Shown piece by piece: positions 56,682 through 64,000 of a DNA stretch of 64,000 nucleotides. The position numbers and the translations under genes are program-made. Numbering within the stretch: position 1 is the stretch's first letter; the number at the start of each line of letters is the position of its first letter. Below the pieces are notes generated by a model. That model did no database searches and was not told where the DNA came from. It was given only the letters and a program-made list of their open reading frames with translations. The stretch is from positions 66,810 through 130,809 of the forward strand of contig CAMYKS010000004.1 of assembly GCA_947259115.1 (NCBI GenBank), written 5' to 3'. Origin of the DNA: an uncultured Desulfobulbaceae bacterium (lineage in GTDB: Bacteria > Desulfobacterota > Desulfobulbia > Desulfobulbales > BM004).

Positions 56682-58448
56682 TTAAAAATTATCAAAAAAA
56701 TCCTTTAATGACAGCAGCTCAACCTTTCTTTTGATCCTGTAAATATAAATTGCCAGAAACAGGTTGCGCAGATAGGCGAAAAGCCAGCCTGCAAGAAAGC
56801 CCCAGAAAAAGGAATAGCCGAAGGCGAGAAAGCCGCCTTTCACGGTCACCGTATAACCGATGAAGTATTGTCCTAAAAGCCTGAGATGAGAGTTCAGCAC
56901 ATCTCCTCCACGGCTTATAATCCACAGGGTAGCACTGAAAACAAGCAGACCGCAAACTGTGCCGACCGCAACAGCAAAGGCGAGTTTGTCCATCCGGGCA
57001 AATGCCCTTATCAATATTTTTTCCGGAACAATAGGCGTCTCTCTTGCCGCCTTATCCTCTTCCAGGTAACTCTTTTCTTCGTTGACCGCCCAGATATCAT
57101 GGTGCTCTCCACAGGAATTTTTTGCTGCCAGGATCCCGGTCTGCATTGAATGGTCCATATTGTTATAACGGTGCATGCCGCTGCGGCCAATTGTCTGCAG
57201 ATTGCTAAAATTGTCGAGATAGTTTCTGATTGTCAGCAGGTTCTGCTTATACGTAGAGTCATATACCGGATAGGCATGGGACTGCCGCACCACATAACTG
57301 TCAATTACCTGCGATGCAGGGCCAAACCCCATTTCCTCCATTTCCCGTGTGGCCATTTCCACCAGTTCATGATCAGTCCTTTTCCAGGTCGAATCATTTT
57401 CATTGCAAAAATACTCCATACCGATGCTGGTCTTGCTCTGATCCGGAACCATGGACCTGCTCCAGTTCTTAAAGTTCTGGATGCGCCCGACCTGGACTTT
57501 GGGACTGTGGATATAGAGCCACTGGTCCGGGAACAGGGCTTGCCTGTCAATTATAAGAACAACAATGATAAAGGCACGATATGCAAGACGGCTTCCACTC
57601 TGCAAAACAGCAGCCGGGGGCTGTGGCTGAAATAACTGCACCAGCGTGGGAATCGGCATGCTTGAGATAAAATGTTCGGCGTTCAATTCCCCTGCAGTTC
57701 CACCATTGCGGTATTCAACCGCTGTTATCCTGCTGTTGTCATGGAGGATGGCAGACACCTCGCAGTGCAGCATGACCTTGCCACCACCTGCCACAATACG
57801 ATCCATAAACCTTTGCCACATCATACCCGGCCCGAGCCTGGGATAGGAAAACTGCTCTATGAGACTTTTGGCCTGCTGGCCGCCGAATAAGGCGTTTGTG
57901 ACTGCAACAAGAAGCGACAGGCCCTTGATGCGCTGTGCGGCCCAGTCTGCCCTGATTTCTTTGCACGGGATACCCCAGACCTTTTCAGTATAGGTCTTGA
58001 AAAAGGTCCTGTAGAGCCGTTCCCCGAAACGGTTGACAACCCATTCTTCAAAGCTGTTTTCCTGGGGTTGTGGAGATAAGCGGGCCCTGCAGTAGCTTAT
58101 GAGAACGAGCAGACTCTCAACTGGGCCAAGATTGAATAAGGCATTGGTTGGGCGCAGAGGATAGTTAAAGAATTTTCCCTGATAGTAGAGACGCGAAAGG
58201 CGGTTTACCTTGAGAAAATCAGCCCCGAGCATTTCCTGCCAAAGCCTGTTTATCTCCTCATTCTTGGTGTAAAAACGGTGCCCGCCAATGTCGAAATGAA
58301 AATCCTTGTATGATTCGGTCCGGGAAATACCGCCGACAATCCCGTCCCGTTCCAAAATTATCGGACATTTTTCTCGTCTGATTAACTCATGGCCGGCAGC
58401 AAGGCCGGCTGGTCCTGCACCGATAATGACTACCGGATTCTTATGCAT
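56682..58448 (-). CDS. FAD/NAD(P)-binding oxidoreductase (amine-oxidase / UDP-galactopyranose-mutase-like) with C-terminal membrane module
   Basis: Dinucleotide fold VVIIGAGPAGLAAGHEL...ILERDGIVGG. Two C-terminal hydrophobic helices. Start moved to MHKNP (ATG 58448) to avoid overlap with the upstream gene. Confidence 0.8.
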   Translation of the reverse strand: MHKNPVVIIGAGPAGLAAGHELIRREKCPIILERDGIVGGISRTESYKDFHFDIGGHRFYTKNEEINRLWQEMLGADFLKVNRLSRLYYQGKFFNYPLRPTNALFNLGPVESLLVLISYCRARLSPQPQENSFEEWVVNRFGERLYRTFFKTYTEKVWGIPCKEIRADWAAQRIKGLSLLVAVTNALFGGQQAKSLIEQFSYPRLGPGMMWQRFMDRIVAGGGKVMLHCEVSAILHDNSRITAVEYRNGGTAGELNAEHFISSMPIPTLVQLFQPQPPAAVLQSGSRLAYRAFIIVVLIIDRQALFPDQWLYIHSPKVQVGRIQNFKNWSRSMVPDQSKTSIGMEYFCNENDSTWKRTDHELVEMATREMEEMGFGPASQVIDSYVVRQSHAYPVYDSTYKQNLLTIRNYLDNFSNLQTIGRSGMHRYNNMDHSMQTGILAAKNSCGEHHDIWAVNEEKSYLEEDKAARETPIVPEKILIRAFARMDKLAFAVAVGTVCGLLVFSATLWIISRGGDVLNSHLRLLGQYFIGYTVTVKGGFLAFGYSFFWGFLAGWLFAYLRNLFLAIYIYRIKRKVELLSLKDFFDNF

Positions 58449-58462
58449 GTGAGCGCTAATAT

Positions 58463-58999
58463 CTAGCCAAAACCCAAACCACAATCAGGGCAGGCAGTTT
58501 CAGATGTAGGGAAAGAGTGTCCGCAGGCGGGGCAGCATGCCTCAGCAGCCGCAGGATTATAAACCGAATCAGCATTGGCATGGTCAAACTCATCTAAACC
58601 GGTCGTTCGCCTGTGCTCCTCTTCTATTATATGCAGGGCCTCCATGCCCTCTTCTCTCTTGACCATCAGGTCATAGGCTGTAGGAGTGCTGAGGGTGTTG
58701 CCAAACCGGTCTTTACCGCAGGTTTCCTTATCACCCACAAGAAGAGTCCCTATTCTTTCAGCATCAAGCAAATTTTCAAGATACCGCATTTCAGCTAAGG
58801 GCCCCCTGCGAATGCGTACAAGATCGTCATCAGGGCTTATATCACTGACGCGGCTTTCAAATTTTTTCCGCCGCTCTTCTTGCATCTCAATTTTCTGCCG
58901 TCCTGTGATTAAATCAATGCAGCAGACAGCACATTTTTCAATCTCCGCCCGGTATTCATCATCGCATTTCGGACAGTATTTTAAATCAGGTTCAACCAT
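58463..58999 (-). CDS. Hypothetical zinc-ribbon protein
   Basis: N-terminal CPKCDDEY...CAVCC and C-terminal CCPACGHSF...CPDCG knuckles. Confidence 0.55.
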   Translation of the reverse strand: MVEPDLKYCPKCDDEYRAEIEKCAVCCIDLITGRQKIEMQEERRKKFESRVSDISPDDDLVRIRRGPLAEMRYLENLLDAERIGTLLVGDKETCGKDRFGNTLSTPTAYDLMVKREEGMEALHIIEEEHRRTTGLDEFDHANADSVYNPAAAEACCPACGHSFPTSETACPDCGLGFG

Positions 59000-59049
59000 T
59001 TTTTCCTCCGATACACTTCAACTTCTCTGCTTTTAAGAAGCCGGCTCCT

Positions 59050-60438
59050 CTATAAAATGAAACGACTCAAATCCTCATCCCGGATGATATCCGTCAGTTG
59101 CTCCCGCACATAATCGGCTGTAACGGTAAATATTTTATCAGCGATATTAGGTGCCTGGAATGACAGGTCCTCCAGGATTTTTTCCAGTACAGTATGCAAC
59201 CTTCTGGCGCCAATGTCTTCTGTTTTCTGATTCACTTCTGCTGCCAGACGGGCTATCTCCAAAACTCCTTCCTCGGCAAAAATAAGATCTATACCCTCTG
59301 TTTTCATCAATGCCACATACTGTTTCAGCAGGGCATTTTCCGGTTCTGTCAGAATCCGGAAAAATTCCTCTTTGCCCAGGGCCTTCAGTTCTACCCTTAT
59401 GGGAAAACGCCCCTGGAGTTCGGGGACGAGATCAGAAGGTTTGCACATATGGAAGGCACCGCTGGCAATGAAGAGAATATGGTCGGTTTTTACCATGCCG
59501 TGTTTAGTCGTAACAGTGGCACCCTCGACAATGGGCAGCAAATCACGCTGAACCCCCTCCCGCGAGACTTCAGGACCATGCCCGCCTCCCTGGCGTGAAG
59601 CGATTTTATCTATTTCATCAAGAAAAATAATGCCGGACTGTTCTGTTTTCTGAATTGCCTGGCGGGTTACATTATCCATATCGATAAGATCCTCCACCGC
59701 CTCATTTTTTAATAAGCTGAAAGCCTCCGCCACTTTCAGCCTGCGCATCTTTCCCTTTTTGGGAAAAATCTTGCCAAAGGCATCCCGCAGGTTTGATTCC
59801 ATCTCATCCATGCCGGTATTGGAAAAAACCTCAATCATCGGCATGGACTGGGCCTGGGTGACTTCCATTTCAACTTCTTTATCTTCCAGTTTCCCGTCCC
59901 GTAACATTTTCCTGAAACGGTCACGGGTTGATTCAGCTTCATCCGGTGCTTCCGTCCCCTCCACTGCACCATTGGCATCCATGCCTATCCTGGGACTGCC
60001 TGCGGGTTTCGGCATTGATGGCAAAAGCAGATCAAGCAGCCTTTCTTCTGCCATTTCGTGGGCTTTATCCTCTACCTCACTGCGCTCCTCCTTCTTTGCC
60101 ATATTGACTGCCAGCTGCACGAGATCGCGTATCATCGACTCAACATCCCGGCCCACATAGCCGATCTCCGTGAACTTGGATGCTTCTACTTTCAAAAAGG
60201 GGGACTGGGCCAAATTTGCAAGTCTTCTGGCAATTTCTGTTTTACCGACCCCTGTGGGGCCGATCATGATAATGTTTTTAGGCGCAATCTCATCACGAAG
60301 AGGAGGCTCGACCTGCTGCCTGCGCCAGCGGTTGCGCAGGGCAATTGCCACCGATTTTTTAGCTTCATCCTGTCCAATAATATATTTATCAAGCTCACTG
60401 ACCGTATCTTTGGGTGTGAGAGATTTAAAATCATTCAT
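59050..60438 (-). CDS. hslU: ATP-dependent protease ATPase subunit HslU
   Basis: [22 protein letters not shown], Walker [26 protein letters not shown]. Confidence 0.98.
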   Translation of the reverse strand: MNDFKSLTPKDTVSELDKYIIGQDEAKKSVAIALRNRWRRQQVEPPLRDEIAPKNIIMIGPTGVGKTEIARRLANLAQSPFLKVEASKFTEIGYVGRDVESMIRDLVQLAVNMAKKEERSEVEDKAHEMAEERLLDLLLPSMPKPAGSPRIGMDANGAVEGTEAPDEAESTRDRFRKMLRDGKLEDKEVEMEVTQAQSMPMIEVFSNTGMDEMESNLRDAFGKIFPKKGKMRRLKVAEAFSLLKNEAVEDLIDMDNVTRQAIQKTEQSGIIFLDEIDKIASRQGGGHGPEVSREGVQRDLLPIVEGATVTTKHGMVKTDHILFIASGAFHMCKPSDLVPELQGRFPIRVELKALGKEEFFRILTEPENALLKQYVALMKTEGIDLIFAEEGVLEIARLAAEVNQKTEDIGARRLHTVLEKILEDLSFQAPNIADKIFTVTADYVREQLTDIIRDEDLSRFIL

Positions 60439-60507
60439 ATGCTCAGAGCCTGTATGTAAATGTTTATCTTCAATCAGCCACAGTACTGATATGCGAAAAT
60501 TTTGCAG

Positions 60508-61068
60508 CTAAAGTGTTTCAAGTACTATGTTTTCATTTGTGTATATACAGATGGAAGCGGCTATCCCCATAGCCTCACGACAGATTTCCTCTGCACTCAA
60601 ATCAGTGTGACCAACCAAGGCCTTGGCAGCGGCCTGGGCAAAAGGCCCGCCGGAACCAATGGCCAGAATCCCGTCATCGGATTCAATCACATCTCCGGAA
60701 CCGGAAAGCAGCAGGGAAGAATCAACATCTGCAGCAATAAGAAAGGCCTCCAAGCGGCGCAGTACTCGATCGGTACGCCAGTCTTTTGCAAGTTCTACAG
60801 CTGCACGCATGAGATTCCCCTTATACTGCTCCAGTCTTTGTTCCAGTTTATCAAAAAGCGTAAAGGCATCGGCGGTGGCACCGGCAAAACCTGTAATAAC
60901 CTTGCCGTTATAGAGGCGCCTGACTTTGCGGGCCGCATGCTTAACCACTGTATTACCCATGGTCACCTGGCCGTCGCCGGCGACGACCACTCTGCCTTTA
61001 TGCCGCACTGCAATAATTGTTGTCGAACGTGTTTTCACTTTTTCCACCATTTTTTTGCATTTTACCAT
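60508..61068 (-). CDS. hslV: ATP-dependent protease subunit HslV (with a short N-terminal extension before the TTI motif)
   Basis: [36 protein letters not shown]. The exact start is uncertain (ATG 61068 or 61050). Confidence 0.93.
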   Translation of the reverse strand: MVKCKKMVEKVKTRSTTIIAVRHKGRVVVAGDGQVTMGNTVVKHAARKVRRLYNGKVITGFAGATADAFTLFDKLEQRLEQYKGNLMRAAVELAKDWRTDRVLRRLEAFLIAADVDSSLLLSGSGDVIESDDGILAIGSGGPFAQAAAKALVGHTDLSAEEICREAMGIAASICIYTNENIVLETL

Positions 61069-61099
61069 TTGCCGGGTTCAATGCTTTATGTTCCTGCTA

Positions 61100-62008
61100 T
61101 CAACTATTTCTGGCTCTGGGGTGCGCCTTATCATAGACCCTCATCAAGTGCACCATATCAAGATGCGTATACTTCTGGGTTGTGGATAAACTGGCATGTC
61201 CCAGCAATTCCTGCACCGAACGCATGTCAGCTCCCATCTCAAGCAGATGCGTGGCAAAAGAATGACGCAGGACATGGGGCGTGACCTGTTTGTCTATTCC
61301 GGCTTTTTGTCCATACCGGGCAATCAGTCTCTCAACACTTCGCGCTGTAAGTCTGGTGCCCCGGTTGTTTAAAAACACAGCCGCCTTATCAAACTTTTTC
61401 CCCAGTTGCAAACGCTTTCTTAAAAGTTTTTCGCGCTCGACCCAATATGCCTGCAGCGCTTTTATGGCCTGTGCACCAATGGGTATTATGCGTTCCCGGT
61501 TGCCCTTGCCCCTTACCCTAACCATTTCACTCTCAAAATCAAGACTTGTTACATTACAGGCAACAAGTTCTGACACCCGCATTCCCGTTGAGTATAGCAG
61601 TTCCAGGATGGCCCTGTCACGGGCTCCGAAAGTATCATGCGCTCCAGGTGATTCCAGCAGGGCAAAAACCTCATCAACAGATAAAAAAATAGGTATATGC
61701 TGCTCCTGTTTCGGCATGGAGACAGCCCCCATCGGGCTGTGGCGGATCACATTCTCCCGCTCCAGAAACTTAAAGAATGTTCGTAAAGCTGAGAGCTTTC
61801 TTGCCACTGAAGAACTTTTGTTCTTGCTATTCAGGCTGTAGACATAATTGCGGATGATGGGGGTATCAATTTCCCTTACATTACATGCGCTGCCGGCGAC
61901 AGCTGCAAATTCAAGCAGGTCTCTGCGGTAATTAATAATGGTATGACGGGAGTATCCTTTCTCATCTGTCAACCAGGTTATGAAACGTTCTATATTTACT
62001 GTCAGCAT
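61100..62008 (-). CDS. xerC: Tyrosine recombinase XerC (CodV-like position upstream of hslVU)
   Basis: R...HxxR...Y catalytic pattern (HVLRHSFATHLLE, LGHASLSTTQKYTH). The gene order xerC-hslV-hslU is seen directly here. Confidence 0.9.
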   Translation of the reverse strand: MLTVNIERFITWLTDEKGYSRHTIINYRRDLLEFAAVAGSACNVREIDTPIIRNYVYSLNSKNKSSSVARKLSALRTFFKFLERENVIRHSPMGAVSMPKQEQHIPIFLSVDEVFALLESPGAHDTFGARDRAILELLYSTGMRVSELVACNVTSLDFESEMVRVRGKGNRERIIPIGAQAIKALQAYWVEREKLLRKRLQLGKKFDKAAVFLNNRGTRLTARSVERLIARYGQKAGIDKQVTPHVLRHSFATHLLEMGADMRSVQELLGHASLSTTQKYTHLDMVHLMRVYDKAHPRARNS

Positions 62009-62538
62009 TTCAAGTGGTACCCGCTTATATTCATGTCATCCAAGGGTCAGCTCCCATACCTGAAACGCAGGCATAACCAGATCTAATTTGTTTCAGACCG
62101 AGTTCTGTATGGTTTTCAGTAAAAGATACCGTGCAGGAGCCCAGTATTAACACAGTCATGTTTTTTTTGTAAAGACGTTGATGATCAACCCTTAATGAAT
62201 TATGATTGTCGGTCTCAAAGACAGGGAAGAAAAATGTGACTTCGAAAGCACTCGACGGACAGGTATTCCGCCGGTATTTTTTTTTACTATTGTCAGGCCC
62301 CGTCGTTGACGGCGGGATTTTTTGCAATAGCATCATTAGTGACAGTTTTTTAATTTTGCCTCTTCCTGCAGAATACTGTTGAACCTTTCATTTACATTGA
62401 CCTCCAGACGAAATGTTCTTTATGTATCTTTGACGTTCTTAGCGGAACAGGTGACAGACTTCTCGCACAGGCCATAAGAGTTAACTGAAACGGATACGCA
62501 CCTTTAATATATTTATTTAGTCAGCGGGCAGGTGATTC

Positions 62539-62775
62539 ATGAAAAAAAAATCGTTTGAAGAGGCCCTGGCAAAACTTGAGCAGATCACCAACGAACTTGA
62601 GGAAGGTGATTTATCACTGGAAGAATCACTCAAGTACTTTGACGAAGGGGTTAAGCTTGCTGAACAGTGCAGCAGCAAATTGAGTGAAGCACAGAAAAAA
62701 GTTGAAATTCTTCTTAAAAAAAATAACAGGCTGGAACCTGTCCCATTCGACGAATTGGATGAAAAAAAACCTTAA
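62539..62775 (+). CDS. xseB: Exodeoxyribonuclease VII small subunit
   Basis: SFEEALAKLEQITNELEEGDLSLEESL. Position upstream of ispA-dxs. Confidence 0.93.
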   Translation: MKKKSFEEALAKLEQITNELEEGDLSLEESLKYFDEGVKLAEQCSSKLSEAQKKVEILLKKNNRLEPVPFDELDEKKP

Positions 62776-63674
62776 TGGATATCAGGCAGTATATAGCTAC
62801 AAAACGCCAGCAGATAGATACTGCCCTTGAAAGGTATCTGCCTGAAGATGAAAGCACCCTGGCCGAGCATATTAAGGCCATGCGCTACAGCATTTTTGCC
62901 GGCGGTAAACGGGTAAGGCCTATCCTCTGCCTTGCAGCAGCAGAGGCTGTTAAAGATTTCAACAATGAATTTCCTGATTCAGTTATGCTTAGCGCCTGCG
63001 CCCTGGAATGCATCCATACCTATTCCCTCATCCATGATGATCTGCCGGCCATGGATGATGATGATCTGCGGCGGGGCATGCCGACAAACCACATGGTTTA
63101 CGGTGAAGCGTGCGCCATACTTGCCGGTGACAGCCTTCTGACTTATGCCTTTGACCTGTTAAGCCGAGATGTCCGGGAAACGATTCCCGCCCATGACCGC
63201 CTAACCATAATTTCTCTCATCAGCAGAGCTGTAGGCCCGGAGGGCATGGTCGGCGGACAATTCCTTGATCTGACCCATGAGGGGAAGGAAGCTCAATATA
63301 CTATGCTGCGTGACATTCACAGCCGCAAAACCGGCGCCCTTATTACGGCATCTGTACAAACAGGTGGTGTACTCGGCAGCAGTAGTCCTGAACAGTTCAA
63401 GGCCCTTACCCGATATGGTATACAAATAGGCCTCGCCTTCCAGATCGTTGATGACCTGCTCAATGTAGAGGGCACCGAAGAACAACTTGGAAAAGCAGCC
63501 GGCTCTGATGCTGCCAGAAATAAAGCCACCTATCCGGCCCTGTTTGGTGTTGATAAAACGAGAAAAAAAGCACAGGAAGCTCTACAGGAAGCTCTTGCTA
63601 CACTTGATGACTTTGATGAACGGGCGGACAGGCTGAGGGATTTGGCCCGCTATGTTGTCTCCCGGAAACGATAA
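62775..63674 (+). CDS. ispA: (2E,6E)-farnesyl diphosphate synthase
   Basis: FARM motif [17 protein letters not shown] and SARM motif FQIVDDLLN. Confidence 0.95.
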   Translation: MDIRQYIATKRQQIDTALERYLPEDESTLAEHIKAMRYSIFAGGKRVRPILCLAAAEAVKDFNNEFPDSVMLSACALECIHTYSLIHDDLPAMDDDDLRRGMPTNHMVYGEACAILAGDSLLTYAFDLLSRDVRETIPAHDRLTIISLISRAVGPEGMVGGQFLDLTHEGKEAQYTMLRDIHSRKTGALITASVQTGGVLGSSSPEQFKALTRYGIQIGLAFQIVDDLLNVEGTEEQLGKAAGSDAARNKATYPALFGVDKTRKKAQEALQEALATLDDFDERADRLRDLARYVVSRKR

Positions 63675-63736
63675 CAAACGGATTATTCAGGCCATTGAAC
63701 ATTTCTGGCCTGTTGTATCTCTTGTATTGGTGTATT

Positions 63737-64000
63737 ATGAAAGATGACATGAAACAAAATGTACTGCAGACAATTAATTCACCCGAAGACCTGCGCGGGT
63801 TTTCTGTAGTCGAGCTTGAACAGCTGGCAACAGAAATCAGGGAAGAGATAGTAAAAACGGTCTCCGTGACCGGTGGGCACCTGGCGCCGAGCCTGGGAGT
63901 GGTTGAATTGACCCTGGCCCTGCACCATGTATTCAATACCCCTTCCGACAAGTTGATCTGGGACGTTGGCCACCAGGTTTACTGCCATAAACTCATCACA
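63737..64000 (+). CDS. dxs: 1-deoxy-D-xylulose-5-phosphate synthase, N-terminal fragment (continues beyond the window)
   Basis: Manual translation: [22 protein letters not shown]...[43 protein letters not shown]. It is absent from the track because the ORF is open-ended. Confidence 0.93.
   Translation, partial: MKDDMKQNVLQTINSPEDLRGFSVVELEQLATEIREEIVKTVSVTGGHLAPSLGVVELTLALHHVFNTPSDKLIWDVGHQVYCHKLIT

Noticed and set aside
61100-62008. Tyrosine recombinase as a possible integrase marking a mobile element
   Set aside because: It sits in the conserved xerC/codV-hslV-hslU arrangement. No attachment-site repeats, tRNA target or cargo genes are adjacent, so it is a housekeeping Xer recombinase.
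62031-62336. 101-aa minus-strand ORF between xerC and xseB
   Set aside because: It has no SD, an odd composition, and overlaps T-runs and hairpins. No family was recognised.
1-64000. CRISPR arrays, rRNA genes, prophage or transposase genes
   Set aside because: None was seen on either strand. The only interspersed repeats are the MITE-like family and the short palindromes reported above.

Overview
64-kb chromosomal window, roughly mid-40s % GC by eye. Gene content (multiheme cytochrome c, NrfD-type membrane redox complex, Tat-exported FeS proteins, sigma54 activator, many sensor kinases) suggests an anaerobic Desulfobacterota/Deltaproteobacteria-like organism; this is inference, no search was run. 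The right two thirds is mostly ordinary housekeeping: tRNA-Leu, csp, argJ, secA, argS, alr, dnaE, hslVU with a codV-like xerC, xseB-ispA-dxs. Small accessory operons are interspersed: rimK-like, transglutaminase+ABC, SBP+MCP, RegB/RegA-like+NosL-like. The most interesting part is the left ~18 kb. It holds a sigma54-dependent response regulator, three orphan sensor kinases, and three near-consensus sigma54 promoters. One kinase has a degenerate H-box and one has c-type heme motifs in its periplasmic domain. Each promoter lies 200-330 bp downstream of a cluster of TGTTGCA/TGCAACA palindromes and drives a member of an unrecognised family of very small membrane proteins. These comprise a duplicated 75-aa + ~102-aa gene pair plus a 59-aa singleton missing from the ORF track. 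One pair is followed by a cytochrome c/FeS/NrfD module. The other is followed by a DOMON/EB_dh-like protein, a PhnD-like binding protein and a kinase. I read this as an undescribed sigma54-controlled envelope/redox-responsive module. Other observations include a MITE-like repeat family (2 full copies, 1 fragment), long-range inverted repeats and two structured intergenic regions. No CRISPR array, rRNA, prophage or transposase gene was seen. All product calls come from motif and family recognition by eye, not database searches.
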